A DNA stretch of 64,000 bases from Bugula neritina (lineage: Eukaryota; Animalia; Bryozoa). Of the stretch, positions 37,801 through 60,309 are shown one piece after another. The translations under genes and the position numbers were made by a program. The notes beneath the pieces were generated by a model. The model did not search any database and had not been told where the DNA came from. It was given only the letters and a program-made list of their open reading frames with translations. Location of the stretch: assembly GCA_964035545.1 (NCBI GenBank), contig OZ037769.1:6925929-6989928 (forward strand), read 5' to 3'. Each line of letters opens with the position of its first letter. Position 1 is the first letter of the stretch.

Positions 37801-40800
37801 CAACTCTAAACCCGAGAACTTCAAACTATTGCACCCAGTTTACTCCAACTCGGAGCTGCCTATAGAACCATTCATTCACTTGACTCCTACACAAATGATG
37901 TATGAAACAGAATAATATTGTAGCTTCCCACTGGGCACAGTGTGACATTACATAATGCCAAATGAACTGCTGTTAATGTTAACTAGGATTGTGATGGCAC
38001 AACGTGATTTAATGGCAACTATTATCACTCAACACATTACACCATATATAATATTATACTATATTGTATGTCTAGTTGAATTAATCTATAAGAGATATAA
38101 CTGTAAACTACTCACTAGTTTAGATGCCAGACTGTCTTTAGCAAACACAGGAGTAATGAATACATAGGCAGGGATGAGTACAACTTGCATCAGGAAGCTG
38201 ACCACGCCCACAAAGCAGAAGAACTCTGCAGACGAAGAGTAGTTCTTAGTGAACAAACCAGAGGTCACCTCCTTTTCTTGCTCACAAAACGGAAGCATGA
38301 CATCAGCAGTCTTTTTGAATCTACAGGATAATTTCAAGTACAATGCAGAGATTCAAACAAAGACAGATAACTCCACACCAGTAGAACAGAGAAAACCTAC
38401 ATTCTACCATTGCACTTTGTGGTACTTGGGTTCAATATTTAAACAAATATCCCATATAGATCAGTATAAGCTTCAAATAATTATTAAACACACAATATGT
38501 GTGTTAAAAAGATTATTTTTAAAGTCATGAGAAAACATAGCATTTAGGCAGACAACTTTAAGATAGGGTGGAGGTTTACCTGAAAGGGTAGCTGTAGTTG
38601 ATTTCAACTTTGTGACTGCTGGTAACATTGCTAGCACTTGTACAGTAAACTCGTATTTGTGTGCCCGTCTTTACGCTGGTTATAGTAGCAAAAGCAAAAA
38701 TAGCCAAAACCTGCCAAAAGAAAAAAATCCGAATGTTGTACAAAAAAATGAGTGAACTTGGAGAAATGCGCAGGTTTTGCCTTAATAAAAATTCATTTTA
38801 TTATTAAAATTAGGACCAAATAAGTATCCTGCAAGAGGTTTGTTTTAATGCAAGTATACACTCAACATTAGCTGCTTTACATTAGTCTTCGGTCATGATA
38901 TTGATTTTACGTATATGACATTATATGATAGTGATAATGCAGACACTGCGTAAGTGCAGTCATTATCAAAGGGATATTTTAATGATCACATGTATTTGTA
39001 TCAGAAGAGCTTATTATGACGTAACATTATATATTCATTTTCATTTTGTACGTGTGATCTATTTGAGCAGCAGACGCAATACATGTGAATATAGCAAGCT
39101 ATTGTTGGTCGGGATATTATCTAGTACTGTTTTAATTTAATAGGAAATTGCAAATAAATTTGAACTGAAAACAAGTTTTTAATAAAAATCAGCCATGCCA
39201 AAGTTGTACTTTTTAAAATTCAAAGTAGTAAAAAGAAATATGGTGTGCATTCTGTAGTGTTGAGTTTACCCAGTGGCTCCAGTGGTGTAATGGTAGCACA
39301 CTTGCGTGCAAGCCGGAGGGCTCGAGTTTGATTCCCAGTGGGGGCAATATTATTTCTCTTATTCATTTTTCAAGAGTTTAGAAAAGGTATATTTAATGGA
39401 ACAGCCAGCCAGATGTTATTTTTTTTACCAAAACTATCAGTGAACAAGAAAAGGGATGTTGTAGCTCACAAGAATTATCCCCCCTGAACCACATATATCT
39501 AAATTAGCCCTGAAATTGCAAACTATAAGGGGAAACATATCTCACCCAGCCTTAATTAAAAAACAGTTAATGAAACTAAAAAATCCACACTGCTGACACC
39601 AGTCAACATGTCATTCTAGAAGAATCTTATTTTCTATGTAATAGTATGGCATGGATTTAAGTTCTAAAGAAAATTTGAACAACGTACACTGTAAATTCAT
39701 ATGTGTGGATGTTATAAACAAATGGTGTAAAAAAGTATAAATGAAGTATACAACTATTACAAGGGTAATATTCCACACATATTGGATGTAAGTGAATGAG
39801 ATGCCTTTACAACTTACCAGCTGTACCACTCTCATGAAACCCCTGGGCTCTCTCAATACTTCAAAATCGGCCTTTACGTTCTACAAGATATCATATGTGA
39901 ATAAAGTCGGGGCACATAAATTACACTACCCAAACATTTTAAGCTATATATCACAGCAATCAGTAGCTACTGACACAACTAAAAACAGTTGTAACCAATC
40001 AAATTTAATGTTACAAGTTGTAAATTTCACACAACTCATATTTATCATATGAATAGTTGAGACATAACGTAGCTGAGTAACTTGGATATGCGGTTTATAA
40101 ATGATTCGACGGTAGAGTTAATGGCTATTGATTTGTGATTAGGATTCTTTTGAGCAGGATCTAGATGCACGCTACGTGTACATATAATAGGTCTATATGC
40201 AATTCAAATGCAACTAGATTGTTACTACGCTACCAAATTTAGTAATGTAAAAGGCAGAAAGACATAAATGCTTGCATACATGTCTGTATACATGTATGCA
40301 AGTACTCACAGCTTATATAAGAAGAACGGCTACAGCATGCTTAAAATTCAGACACATAATTATTAAGTAAATCCATAGTAGCTACTTCTACTCATATGTG
40401 ATCTTAATTTGATGCAACATAAAAACACAACAATATCAAGTGCCTTCATTGATAACATGCACAACAAGTGTGGGTATAGCATAAAAATCAATTGCAATAC
40501 GAAATAATTTTACCAGAGTGTGTTAACTAGCTAGTAGATGCATAGAAATTGTTACATTAAACCCTATAAAATGTATCATTCAGAGAGCGCCATGGTTATA
40601 TAATACAGTGAAAATGCTACCACACTGGCTTAGTAAACACAAGTTTAACAGTTTGCTTCCCAGCAAAAAAAGACATTGATGATGTAAGAAAAGGCATTCA
40701 GTCAAAATTGCTTCTTTGTCACAATAGCAAAAAAGTTCTTAGCTTGCTTGAAGAACTCTTACTATCAGGACTTCTCACAAGAATGTAAACTTTAAAAACA

Positions 40801-41475
40801 AACATGAGTATAATATAACTGCATTCAATCTAAAATAAAAAAATAAATAAGAAAAACATTTTATTATTAAAATTAGTCAAACATGAAATAATTCATGATC
40901 TGCACCTTTTTTGGGTACATTTTAGAACATCAATAGCTACAGCTTGTAATTTAAAAATGACAAGAAATGTCATTTTGTTTCAAAAATACTGTTCACAAAC
41001 ATTTGGTTAAACACATTGTAAAATAAATTGTGTGATTGAATAAATGAAATCATGTTACTACCTAAGATTTTTTTTAAAGTTTAGCAATAATAATACTATT
41101 TTACTGTAGATAAAAGAAAATAATACTATAATGATGATATAATGGCAGAGAAAACTACTAATAACTACTGATATTACAACTATGACTATTCCAAGTGTGC
41201 CTAATACTCATACTGCAATCAAAATAGTGATAATTATATTTCGGCAAAACTGTTGCTAAAAATTATGTTAATATTTAGCTGATAACATTAAAAACTATAA
41301 CTTATTTAGTATAAGTATAACTCTAAGTATAACTATAACTATAACTTCAACAGGATAGCCAACCTTATTTTATTCCTACTCTTATACGTAGACAAACTTA
41401 GAGCTACATTATTATTTACTAAATAATTCAAACTATATTATCAATACTTACACTCAATAAATCCATGATCGACAT
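34811..41475 (-). CDS. SYP: Synaptophysin/synaptoporin family MARVEL-domain vesicle protein, about 285 aa
   Basis: GT-AG exons 41475-41452, 39880-39818, 38710-38580, 38320-38116, 36671-36483, 35715-35589, 34929-34811 join in frame. Family motifs: VLREPRGFMRVVQLVLAIFAFAT, YSYPFRF, YSSSAEFF, WFIASTAWA, FGFLN...WFLFKETEWH; Tyr/Gly/Pro-rich tail. Confidence 0.92.
34938..35101. repeat. 22-bp tandem repeat (CATGGTATACAGCAATACACCA) interrupted by a GC-rich insert, last SYP intron
   Basis: About 5-6 units; ends about 8 nt from the minus-strand acceptor at 34930-34931. Confidence 0.85.
36910..37375 (+). mobile_element. 3' fragment of a restriction-like-endonuclease non-LTR retrotransposon (R4/Dong- or R2/NeSL-type), degenerate
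   Basis: Frameshifted translation IHWE...VLEDDNTKILWDFNIHTDRVIE..PDIVVADK...DIPVPGDSQVKEKE...YQDLALEL is the PD-(D/E)xK RLE domain of these clades. Confidence 0.8.
37739..37873. mobile_element. Fold-back MITE (~54-bp TIRs) with 8-9-bp TSD
   Basis: AATGGTTCTATAAGCAGCTCCGAGTTGGAG...CTCCAACTCGGAGCTGCCTATAGAACCATT; ATTCACTT duplicated at 37731-37738 and 37874-37881. Confidence 0.85.
39276..39346 (+). pseudogene. tRNA-like sequence (tRNA pseudogene or SINE head)
   Basis: GCTCCAG TG GTGTAATGGTAGCAC...GAGTTTGATTCCCAGTGGGGGCA has an A box, a near-consensus B box and tRNA length, but acceptor, anticodon and T stems are mismatched. Confidence 0.6.
40620..40790 (+). mobile_element. tRNA-derived SINE, degenerate copy 4
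   Basis: TTAGTAAAC...CCCAGCAAA...CATTGATGATGTAAGAAAAGGCATTCAGTCAAAATTGCTTCTTTGTCACAATAGCAAAAAAGTTCTTAGC...TTCTCACAAGAATG is the reverse complement of the 688-887 family. Confidence 0.65.
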
Positions 41476-44400
41476 GAATAAGAATCGTACCGGCACTGGT
41501 CCAACTGTTACTCCCTTATTCAGTCAAGCTTTAAAAAGAAATTCATAAAAAGTAAAATTAAATATCAGCATCGTGCTGAGAAAATCAGTATGAGTATGAG
41601 TATAACTTCGATTCCTACTTTGAGTTCGCCTTGAGGTTGAAGCTTTGTTAAAACTTTCGGCTCATTATCACATCAATATTCAATGCATTACCATTACTAT
41701 TATAATTATACAAGTTTATTCTAATATTGCAAATAGTAGTGCAATTTAAAACATAATTATACTAATACTCACTGTATACTACACGATGTGCTTGCAAGTT
41801 TAAGTTGCACTTGCAGTCTTGCACCACAGGCCAAATTGAAATTCAGACTTCAGTTTGAATTTGAATTTGCGTTTACAAAAGAATCTTTAACAACGAATTT
41901 TCTACTAAATACAAAAACCATAATTTAGGTGTACACAAAACAGAAAAATAATTCTCCAACTCATAAACGACCAAGCGAAAGTTTATGTACGCTCAATAGT
42001 ATCACAATCACTATCAGTATCGCTGAGATTTGTTTAACTTCCAGTATTACTTTCGTTTTAGTTACAAAGCGAAAATCAATTTCTGGTGTAGGTTCGGGCT
42101 TATGACGATCCAAAATTACATATTGAAAAGTGCACAACGACGCTATCATCAGTAAGTATTAAACGGGTGTCAGCTACAAAACCCCTAAACAAATTTTACA
42201 AAAATGTAAACCTGAACTAAAGCAACACGCCACAATAGGTTTTGCAAGTTTTTTTTCTGCGGTCTGATTTTCATTCATTTTTGCTAAAACACAGTAAAGC
42301 ACATACTCATACTCATATTCATACTGATACTCATATACTCATTCAATTTCATGGTGATAATAGCAAAAAAATTAAATTAACATTTAAATTATATATTAGA
42401 AATTCGTTTTTTTTCACTTTATGATGTTAGGAAGTAATGATGATTTTCACTGATACTCATAGTCAAACTCAATGTCATAGTCATACTCATAGTGATAGTC
42501 ATACTCAATCTCATACCCATACTGATAGTCTGATACTCATAGTGATAGTGACACTGATTGTCACTATGCAGTATGACTATGAGTATGACTTTGACTATGA
42601 GTAGGAGCATGCTGTAAGTGTAACTGTAAGTGTAAGACTAAGACTAAGTCATAAGATTAAGTGTATCAGTATGCGTATCAGTATGAGTATGAATGTATCA
42701 ATATCAATATGACTATGACTATCAGTATTTATATAACTCTGACTCTCAGTCTCACAGTGTCGCACTCACTGCTAGTGTTTAATTACTTAGTACTGACAGT
42801 TACTTATTACTACTTACTCTCAGTCAGCAGTGTGTAACAGTAACACTAATAGTAATATTAACACTAACAGTAACAGTCACAATCAGAATCATAGTCACTT
42901 ATCTTCAGTATCACTATGATTATTGCATTTACTAATAGAATATTGCTCAGTGATTATAATATCGATATCAATATGAATAAGCATAAACTTGAAGTAAAAG
43001 TGATACTGATAGATTTTAAAACTGTCATACTGATAGCAATACTCATAGTCATACTAATAGTAATAGTGATACTGATACGTGATAGTCACACTTCATTCAT
43101 AGTCTAAGTCATAATGATACCCATACTTTAACAGTAAATCATAATGATACTCATGGTGACTCATTGATGATCATGATTGCATTTTGATTAATTTTTATTT
43201 TTGTTCTATTTTACTGTGCAGGTTTGAATCTGAAAAATGAGACACCAGTTTTTTGTTGACCATTTGATTTGATCTTTGAATTTTACTAAACTCTGAAAGC
43301 TCAAAGCTTTCTGTTTTGCTGCTATTTATTTTAATTTTTGATATTTTTATTGAAAATTTCACCTTATTTCTAAAAGTAACTGAAATTATTATTAGCTTTT
43401 ACATTTCGATTTATTTTTCGTTATGTGAGATTAAAGGATAACCATAAGACGTGAATTCATAATGAATAAATGATGACCATTGTTCATGTTGTAATTGATA
43501 AAATAAATATAATCATAATAGAGACTACTATAATTTATATTTCATGATTATCTTAGTAATTGTTTTCACCTGAAAGTTATAAAGTCTAATGTCACCATGG
43601 CTAAGCCTATCAACTTAATCACAATATTTTTACTTTTAGCTTCACCACCAAAAAACTAGAGTGTGCTGGTGTCGCATGATAAATCAAAAACCAAAAAAAA
43701 TCATAACAATAAATCACGAATAAATTGATGACCTATTCTATTTTATGATAAGTAATATGTAACAGTAAAACTTAAACATAAACTAGACATGAATTGATAA
43801 CCTAGCCTTCTTTATAATAAATAGTGTATAACAGTAAAACATAAACATGTCATTAATATATTTTGCTTCTTTGGTGGCGTAACTATAGACTCCTAATATT
43901 TATACTAAATATTTGGCCAAACTAGACTCCAACTGTAACTAAGAAACTGGTAGTCTTAATGTTTCTATATATTTCTTACAAAAACTTTAAATAGCATAGC
44001 CAGGGAACCTCACCAGTAAATTCATAAAGTAGGCAATCCACTATTGCACCAGCTTAATCAAAAGGCCCAAAACTGTTACAAAGGAAAGTATTACATTATG
44101 CATTGCGTTTGCCTCATTTGTTGGCTTTTAGCTTAATAACTAAAAATCTTGCTGTGCTGAATTATGGAAATAAAACAAAGATGGCACATAATATAGAATG
44201 GGCAAGTCTGTTTCCTTGCATAAATTTTAATATACTATTGTTAAATCAAATAATTGTCATATATAAACTAATCTTTATTATCATGATTATAACAACTATT
44301 TGTATAGCTATAATTGTACATATACTAATAAAGTTGAAGGAATACCCTTACTGTTGGTAACTTATACTTTGTTCAACAAATTCAAATTGAGGCAGTGAGC

Positions 44401-44981
44401 ATTAATGTAGAAAGGGTACATACTGAGGGTACTCCCAAATACTATTGAATCTGATACCGATAGTCACAGTCTGAGTATGAGTCTTACTGACATATGACTC
44501 ACATTTACATTAATAATCATACTGGCACTTATACTTATAAGTTTTATGTACTAATAATAATAAATCGAGTGTGTTATATTTTTCCATCAAAACCATAAGA
44601 GTTGGTGTAATAGTTTGAGTCTTGCCTTTAGTAAAGAGTAGTAGTAGTAATATAAGGCAATTAAATAGTATGTCACATATAGTATGAGGTTGCTAGCATG
44701 TGTGAAGTATGTGTAATAGTAATAGTTACATCCCATACATGTCACAATGGTTTATTATTCATATAGGTCATGTGACTTGGGTTTTAATAATATATAAGTT
44801 GTTTATAAGTTATATAAATAGCTATTTGTTACATAGCACTAAATTTGGATAATTATGCTCTAGTTTTATTTTATTGCAACTTTTAGAAAAATTGTAATGG
44901 GCCAATAGCATTCAATATTTATGCATCTAATCTTTTTTACAGAGTTTGTAATTTTTCAGACTGCAACATAATACTGACGTG

Positions 44982-47900
44982 ATGTTTCTAACTCGATCGG
45001 AATATGATAGAGGAGTGAATACATTCTCACCAGAAGGGAGATTGTTTCAAGTGGAATATGCTATTGAAGCCATCAAATTGGGCTCCACAGCCATAGGTTT
45101 ACAGACCTCTGAAGGGGTGGTACTAGCTGTCGAGAAGAGAGTCACCTCACCATTAATAGAGGCCGACAGCATAGAAAAAATCTTTGAAGTTGATTCTCAT
45201 CTTGGTATGTTAGAAATAATTTGTGCTTTTTTGTAAGTATTTAAGGCTAAAATATTGAAAGATAATTTAAACCTATCTCATTAAGGATGTTGAAGATTCA
45301 ACACTGAAATGACAATCCTCTATTTCATGTGAAAGAATTATCCCCAGCTGAGCTTTTTTAAGAGCATTAACTTTTTTTGCACATGATTACTTTTTGTGTA
45401 GAAAAATTATATTTTTATGTGGATGAAGTAGATTGTAGAAAAGAGATTGTAGGAAGATAGCAAAGCATCATATTTCTTAGTTCTTTATATATATTGTCTA
45501 CATCTGTATTCTACCACAGTTAGCTAGCTAGCTAGATATAATGTTCTGTCAGTTTAGTGACTAACATATTATACTTTATTCTGATCACAGGATGTGCCAT
45601 GAGTGGTCTGATTGCTGACAGCAGAACTCTGATAGACAGAGCTAGAGTTGAGGCTCAGGTATGCTTCACCTGTCAGCGTACTTTATTTATACACTGTATA
45701 GTATATGTGATATACACTGTATAGTATATTGGTGGAGTATATGTGATATACACTGTATAGTATATTGGTAGAGTATATGTGATACACGCTGTATAGTATA
45801 TTGGTGGAGTATATGTGATATACATTGTATAGTATATTGGTAGAGTATATGTGATATACACTGTATAGTATATTGGTAGAGTATATGTGATATACACTGT
45901 ATAGTATATTGGTAGAGTATATGTGATATACACTGTATAGTATATTGGTAGAGTATATGTGATATACATTGTATAGTATATTGGTAGAGTATATGTGATA
46001 TACACTGTATAGTATATTGGTAGAGTATATGTGATATACACTGTATAGTATATTGGTAGAGTATATGTGATATACACTGTATAGTATATTGGTAGAGTAT
46101 ATGTGATATACACTGTATAGTATATTGGTAGAGTATATGTGATATACACTGTATAGTATATTGGTAGAGTATATGTGATATACATTGTATAGTATATTGG
46201 TAGAGTATATGTGATATACACTGTATAGTATATTGGTAGAGTATATGTGATATACACTGTATAGTATATTGGTAGAGTATATGTGATATACACTGTATAG
46301 TATATTGGTAGAGTATATGTGATATACACTGTATAGTATATTGGTAGAGTATATGTGATATACATTGTATAGTATATTGGTAGAGTATATGTGATATACA
46401 CTGTATAGTATATTGGTAGAGTATATGTGATATACATTGTATAGTATATTGGTAGAGTATATGTGATATACACTGTATAGTATATTGGTAGAGTATATGT
46501 GATATACTCTGTATAGTATATTATTGTTTTAGAATCACTGGTTCACTTACGATGAAAAGATGTCAGTGGAAAGTGTCACTCAGTCTGTTAGTAACTTAGC
46601 CCTAGCTTTTGGTGACGACGATGCTGAACCTGGGGCTATGGTGTGTTGAGATCTAACTGTAGTTTTTTCTATGATCACTCTTATATTCGTTTGCTGATAA
46701 TTGAGAAGTTAACACAAGTTTGAATATCAAGACATTACTTTCTGGTTTAGAATACAATCATTTATTGGCCTTGACACAGAATGCTTTGCACTGACTGCAT
46801 GTATTTTGTTTTAGAGCCGTCCATTTGGTGTGGCACTTCTATTTGCTGGTATTGATGAGAACGGGCCACAGTTGTAAGTTTACTCTATGTATTCCTCCAT
46901 TGCTGATTTTATACATTTGTTTTATACTATTTATACTATGTAACCTCACTATATACCCTCACTGTGTACCTTCATTGTGTACTCTCCCTGTATACCCTCA
47001 CTATATACCCTCACTGTGTACCTTCACTGTGTACCTTCACTATGTACTCTCCCTGTATACCCTCATCATGTACTCTCCCTGTATACCCTCACTGTATACC
47101 CTCACTATATACCCTCACTATGTACTCTCACTATGTATCCTCCCTGTATACCCTCACTATATACCCTCACTGTGTACCTTCATTGTGTACCTTCACTGTG
47201 TACCTTCACTATGTACTCTCCCTATATACCCTCACTATGTACTCTCACTATGTATCCTCCCTGTATACCCTCACTATATACCCTCACTGTGTACTCTCCC
47301 TATATACCCTCACTATGTACCCTCCCTGTATACCCTCACTATTTACCCTCACTATGTACTCTCCCTGTATGCCCTCACTATATACCCTCACTATTTACCC
47401 TCACTATATACCCTCACTCTCTGTACTGCCCTCTACTTGTCTGCAGGTACCATTTAGACCCGTCTGGTACATTCATACGATACGATGCTAAGGCCATAGG
47501 TTCTGCATCTGAAGGGGCACAGCAGTCACTGCAAGATGTTTTCCACAAGGTAAGTCCACCACTCTCTGCATTACCAGTTGACAATAAAATTTCTGGAGAT
47601 GTTGGAGCTAGCAAGTGTTGAAAGTTTCTATTAAATAACACCCGAATATGTGATGAGATGGGAATTTACAGGACGACTTGTATTAGTTTCATTAGTATCC
47701 ATCTTATAAATATTATCATGTGTCTTCAGTCTATGAACCTAGAGACAGCCATTAAAGAAGTGATGAAAATCCTCAAACAAGTGATGGAAGAAAAACTTAC
47801 CAGTAAAAATGTTGAGGTAATAGTTGCACCCCTATACTAGGTAGCACTTTTATATTGGTACTAGTAGTTGATGTTGGGCAGTCAGGACTATAATGTGTAT

Positions 47901-48115
47901 GTACATGTGTATTAGACTTAATAATCACACTATGCTGCTCATCTTATAATATAATGCTTTGCTAGCATCCCCAGTTGGTTTTTCTGGTACTGCTGTAGCC
48001 AAATGTATAACTAATGCTCATTGTGTTTTATTTTTAGCTTGCAATAGTAACAAAAGCTGATGGCTTCCAAAGATATAACAAACAACAGTTGGAAGATTTG
48101 GTGAAGGAATTGTAA
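44982..48115 (+). CDS. PSMA5: Proteasome subunit alpha type-5, 241 aa
   Basis: Exons 44982-45204, 45591-45658, 46533-46640, 46815-46873, 47447-47549, 47730-47816, 48038-48115 total 726 nt. [39 protein letters not shown]...[12 protein letters not shown]...DPSGTF...[10 protein letters not shown]. Confidence 0.98.
45688..46522. repeat. 36-bp minisatellite (TATACACTGTATAGTATATTGGTAGAGTATATGTGA), about 23 copies, filling PSMA5 intron 2
   Basis: Near-perfect array ending about 10 nt before the acceptor AG at 46531-46532. Confidence 0.97.
46945..47418. repeat. Variant 13-bp minisatellite (CTATATACCCTCA / CTGTGTACCTTCA / CTATGTACTCTCC), about 36 units, PSMA5 intron 4
   Basis: Interspersed variant units; ends about 28 nt before the acceptor AG at 47445-47446. 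Confidence 0.93.
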
Positions 48116-48611
48116 ATATTTACTGTTGTGATTCATCTAGTATATATTTAGAAATTATTATATAACCTATAAATACAATATGTAATTATATTAAAAATAT
48201 TTCAATCAAATAGTTTTTCATCTTCAAAGTACACAAGTAAAAGATTAGCTAAGATATAATGTGGCAGACAGCACAGCTGAGTTTGGTAGCAAAATGAGTA
48301 CAGATGGATTGTATATAAAAAGGTCAATCGCAAACATATCAAAAAAATAAACAAATCTCAAACAAAGCTAGCAAATAAAATCACAGGATAGACATATATA
48401 GTAACGTAAAAGATTTGGTCTCATTTACCACATGTAAAGTATAACCTAATTCAGCAGTATGTTTTAAAATTGGAAATCTGTTCAATAACTGTAGAAAAGG
48501 AATGTAATGGATTTCAGGAAGAAATTAAAAAAGAATATTTTTTCACTCTCAAAATATAAATCGCGTAAAATTGAAATTGATGGCCTATAGCTAACTATTA
48601 AGAGTATACTG

Positions 48612-58964
<10,353 letters not shown>

Positions 58965-60309
58965 CCTGATACTAACTCTAAGTCTAATGCTTATGCTTAG
59001 CCTTATGGCTTAACTTCAAGAGGTTATGCCCTACTAACACTAACTACTTCCAAGTTTTATATTTCAACTTTATAAATTTATAAAATATTAATTTCAATTA
59101 GGTTTGTCAAAGTCTGGTAGATTTTGGGACAAAATACAACTACAGCTGCAATGAAAATGTATAACTGCTACAGATTGCAGTCTTTTATCGAATGATCTTT
59201 ACTCATAATCATAATGACTGCACCTTCATTGAAGCGTTAAACTGATAACATGCAAAGCGAAACTGATAAAAGTGTACCGCAGAAAGGCCAGTGTTTTTTA
59301 AATTACTTTTCATATATGTTTGGGCAGGTTTAAATCCTACTCTTACGATAAAATTGAGCTATACAGAGTCCCGGCAACAAGCGTTTATTCGCTCAATTGT
59401 TGCTATGGCATTAGATCCATAACTTAACAAGTTAAGTTTGTGTTTATACACTAAAGAGGGTTCCCCGTAAAGCTGTATTTTAAAAGAACCGAAGATGAGG
59501 TCAAGGACAGGTTGCCAAAATCATTCGAAGCAACATCAAGTGTTATTTTTTGATTACGCCACTGGCTGAAAGTAAAAAGCCTAAGCTATAGAGTTGTCCC
59601 ACCGATGTCACTATGACTCTTCGCGTAACTTTGATTTGGTGGATGCAAAAGAATTGCTAGAAACAGCGGAGAGTTGGGGATCGTTGAGTGCTGTGCGCGT
59701 AAAGATATAGTTTTCTAACGGCCGAACTTGACACCCCGAACCATTACACTCAATTACTACCGACTTTGTGCAGGCTGCAAGCGATTTCATCGCTGCAATA
59801 GCAGTCTACAGAGCTTTGAAATCTTATAAAGGAGTCTTCTAGTAGTAGTCGTTAGTAGTTATACTTATAGTTGTAGCTTTGCAAGGAGCTTTGTAACTGC
59901 AAGTCAGTGTTAGTATACCGCCACAACAGCTTTATCTTTCATCAATATGAATATAATATATTGAATTATATTGTAGGTAAAACTAACTTACAACCACGCT
60001 CACACTTCACAGAGTGAGAGTTACACTTACTGTTAGTGTTACTGTTGGTGTTAGACTTAGATATCTTTGTCTTTCATTATCATTATGATTATGGATATCA
60101 TTATGATATTAATTCAAATTGTCATTAGACATTATGATAGTGATTTACTTTTATATTATTTTTATTTTTTTAGTTGGCAAATTGAAAGTTAATCGCTTAG
60201 CCTTAAAGTTAAAGTTTTACTTTTACTTTAGTTATAGCTATACTTAAACTAAAACTGTTAAACTTAAAGTTAACGATATTGATAATGATTGTCACAGTCA
60301 ACTAATACG

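Noticed and set aside
39276-39346. Functional tRNA gene
   Set aside because: Stems are mismatched, the anticodon arm does not fold, and the T-loop reads TTTGA instead of TTCGA.
42916-43107. Hydrophobic Ile/Leu/Val-rich small ORFs (also 42419-42610, 44103-44360, 36691-36873)
   Set aside because: By-products of periodic or AT-rich low-complexity DNA, not credible membrane peptides.
45673-46473. 266-aa minus-strand ORF of [12 protein letters not shown] repeats
   Set aside because: It is the translation of a 36-bp intronic minisatellite antisense to PSMA5, open only because the unit is a stop-free multiple of three.
46825-47621. Three overlapping 175-214-aa ORFs
   Set aside because: Products of the 13-bp intronic repeat; only 47447-47549 (and 46815-46873) are real PSMA5 exons.
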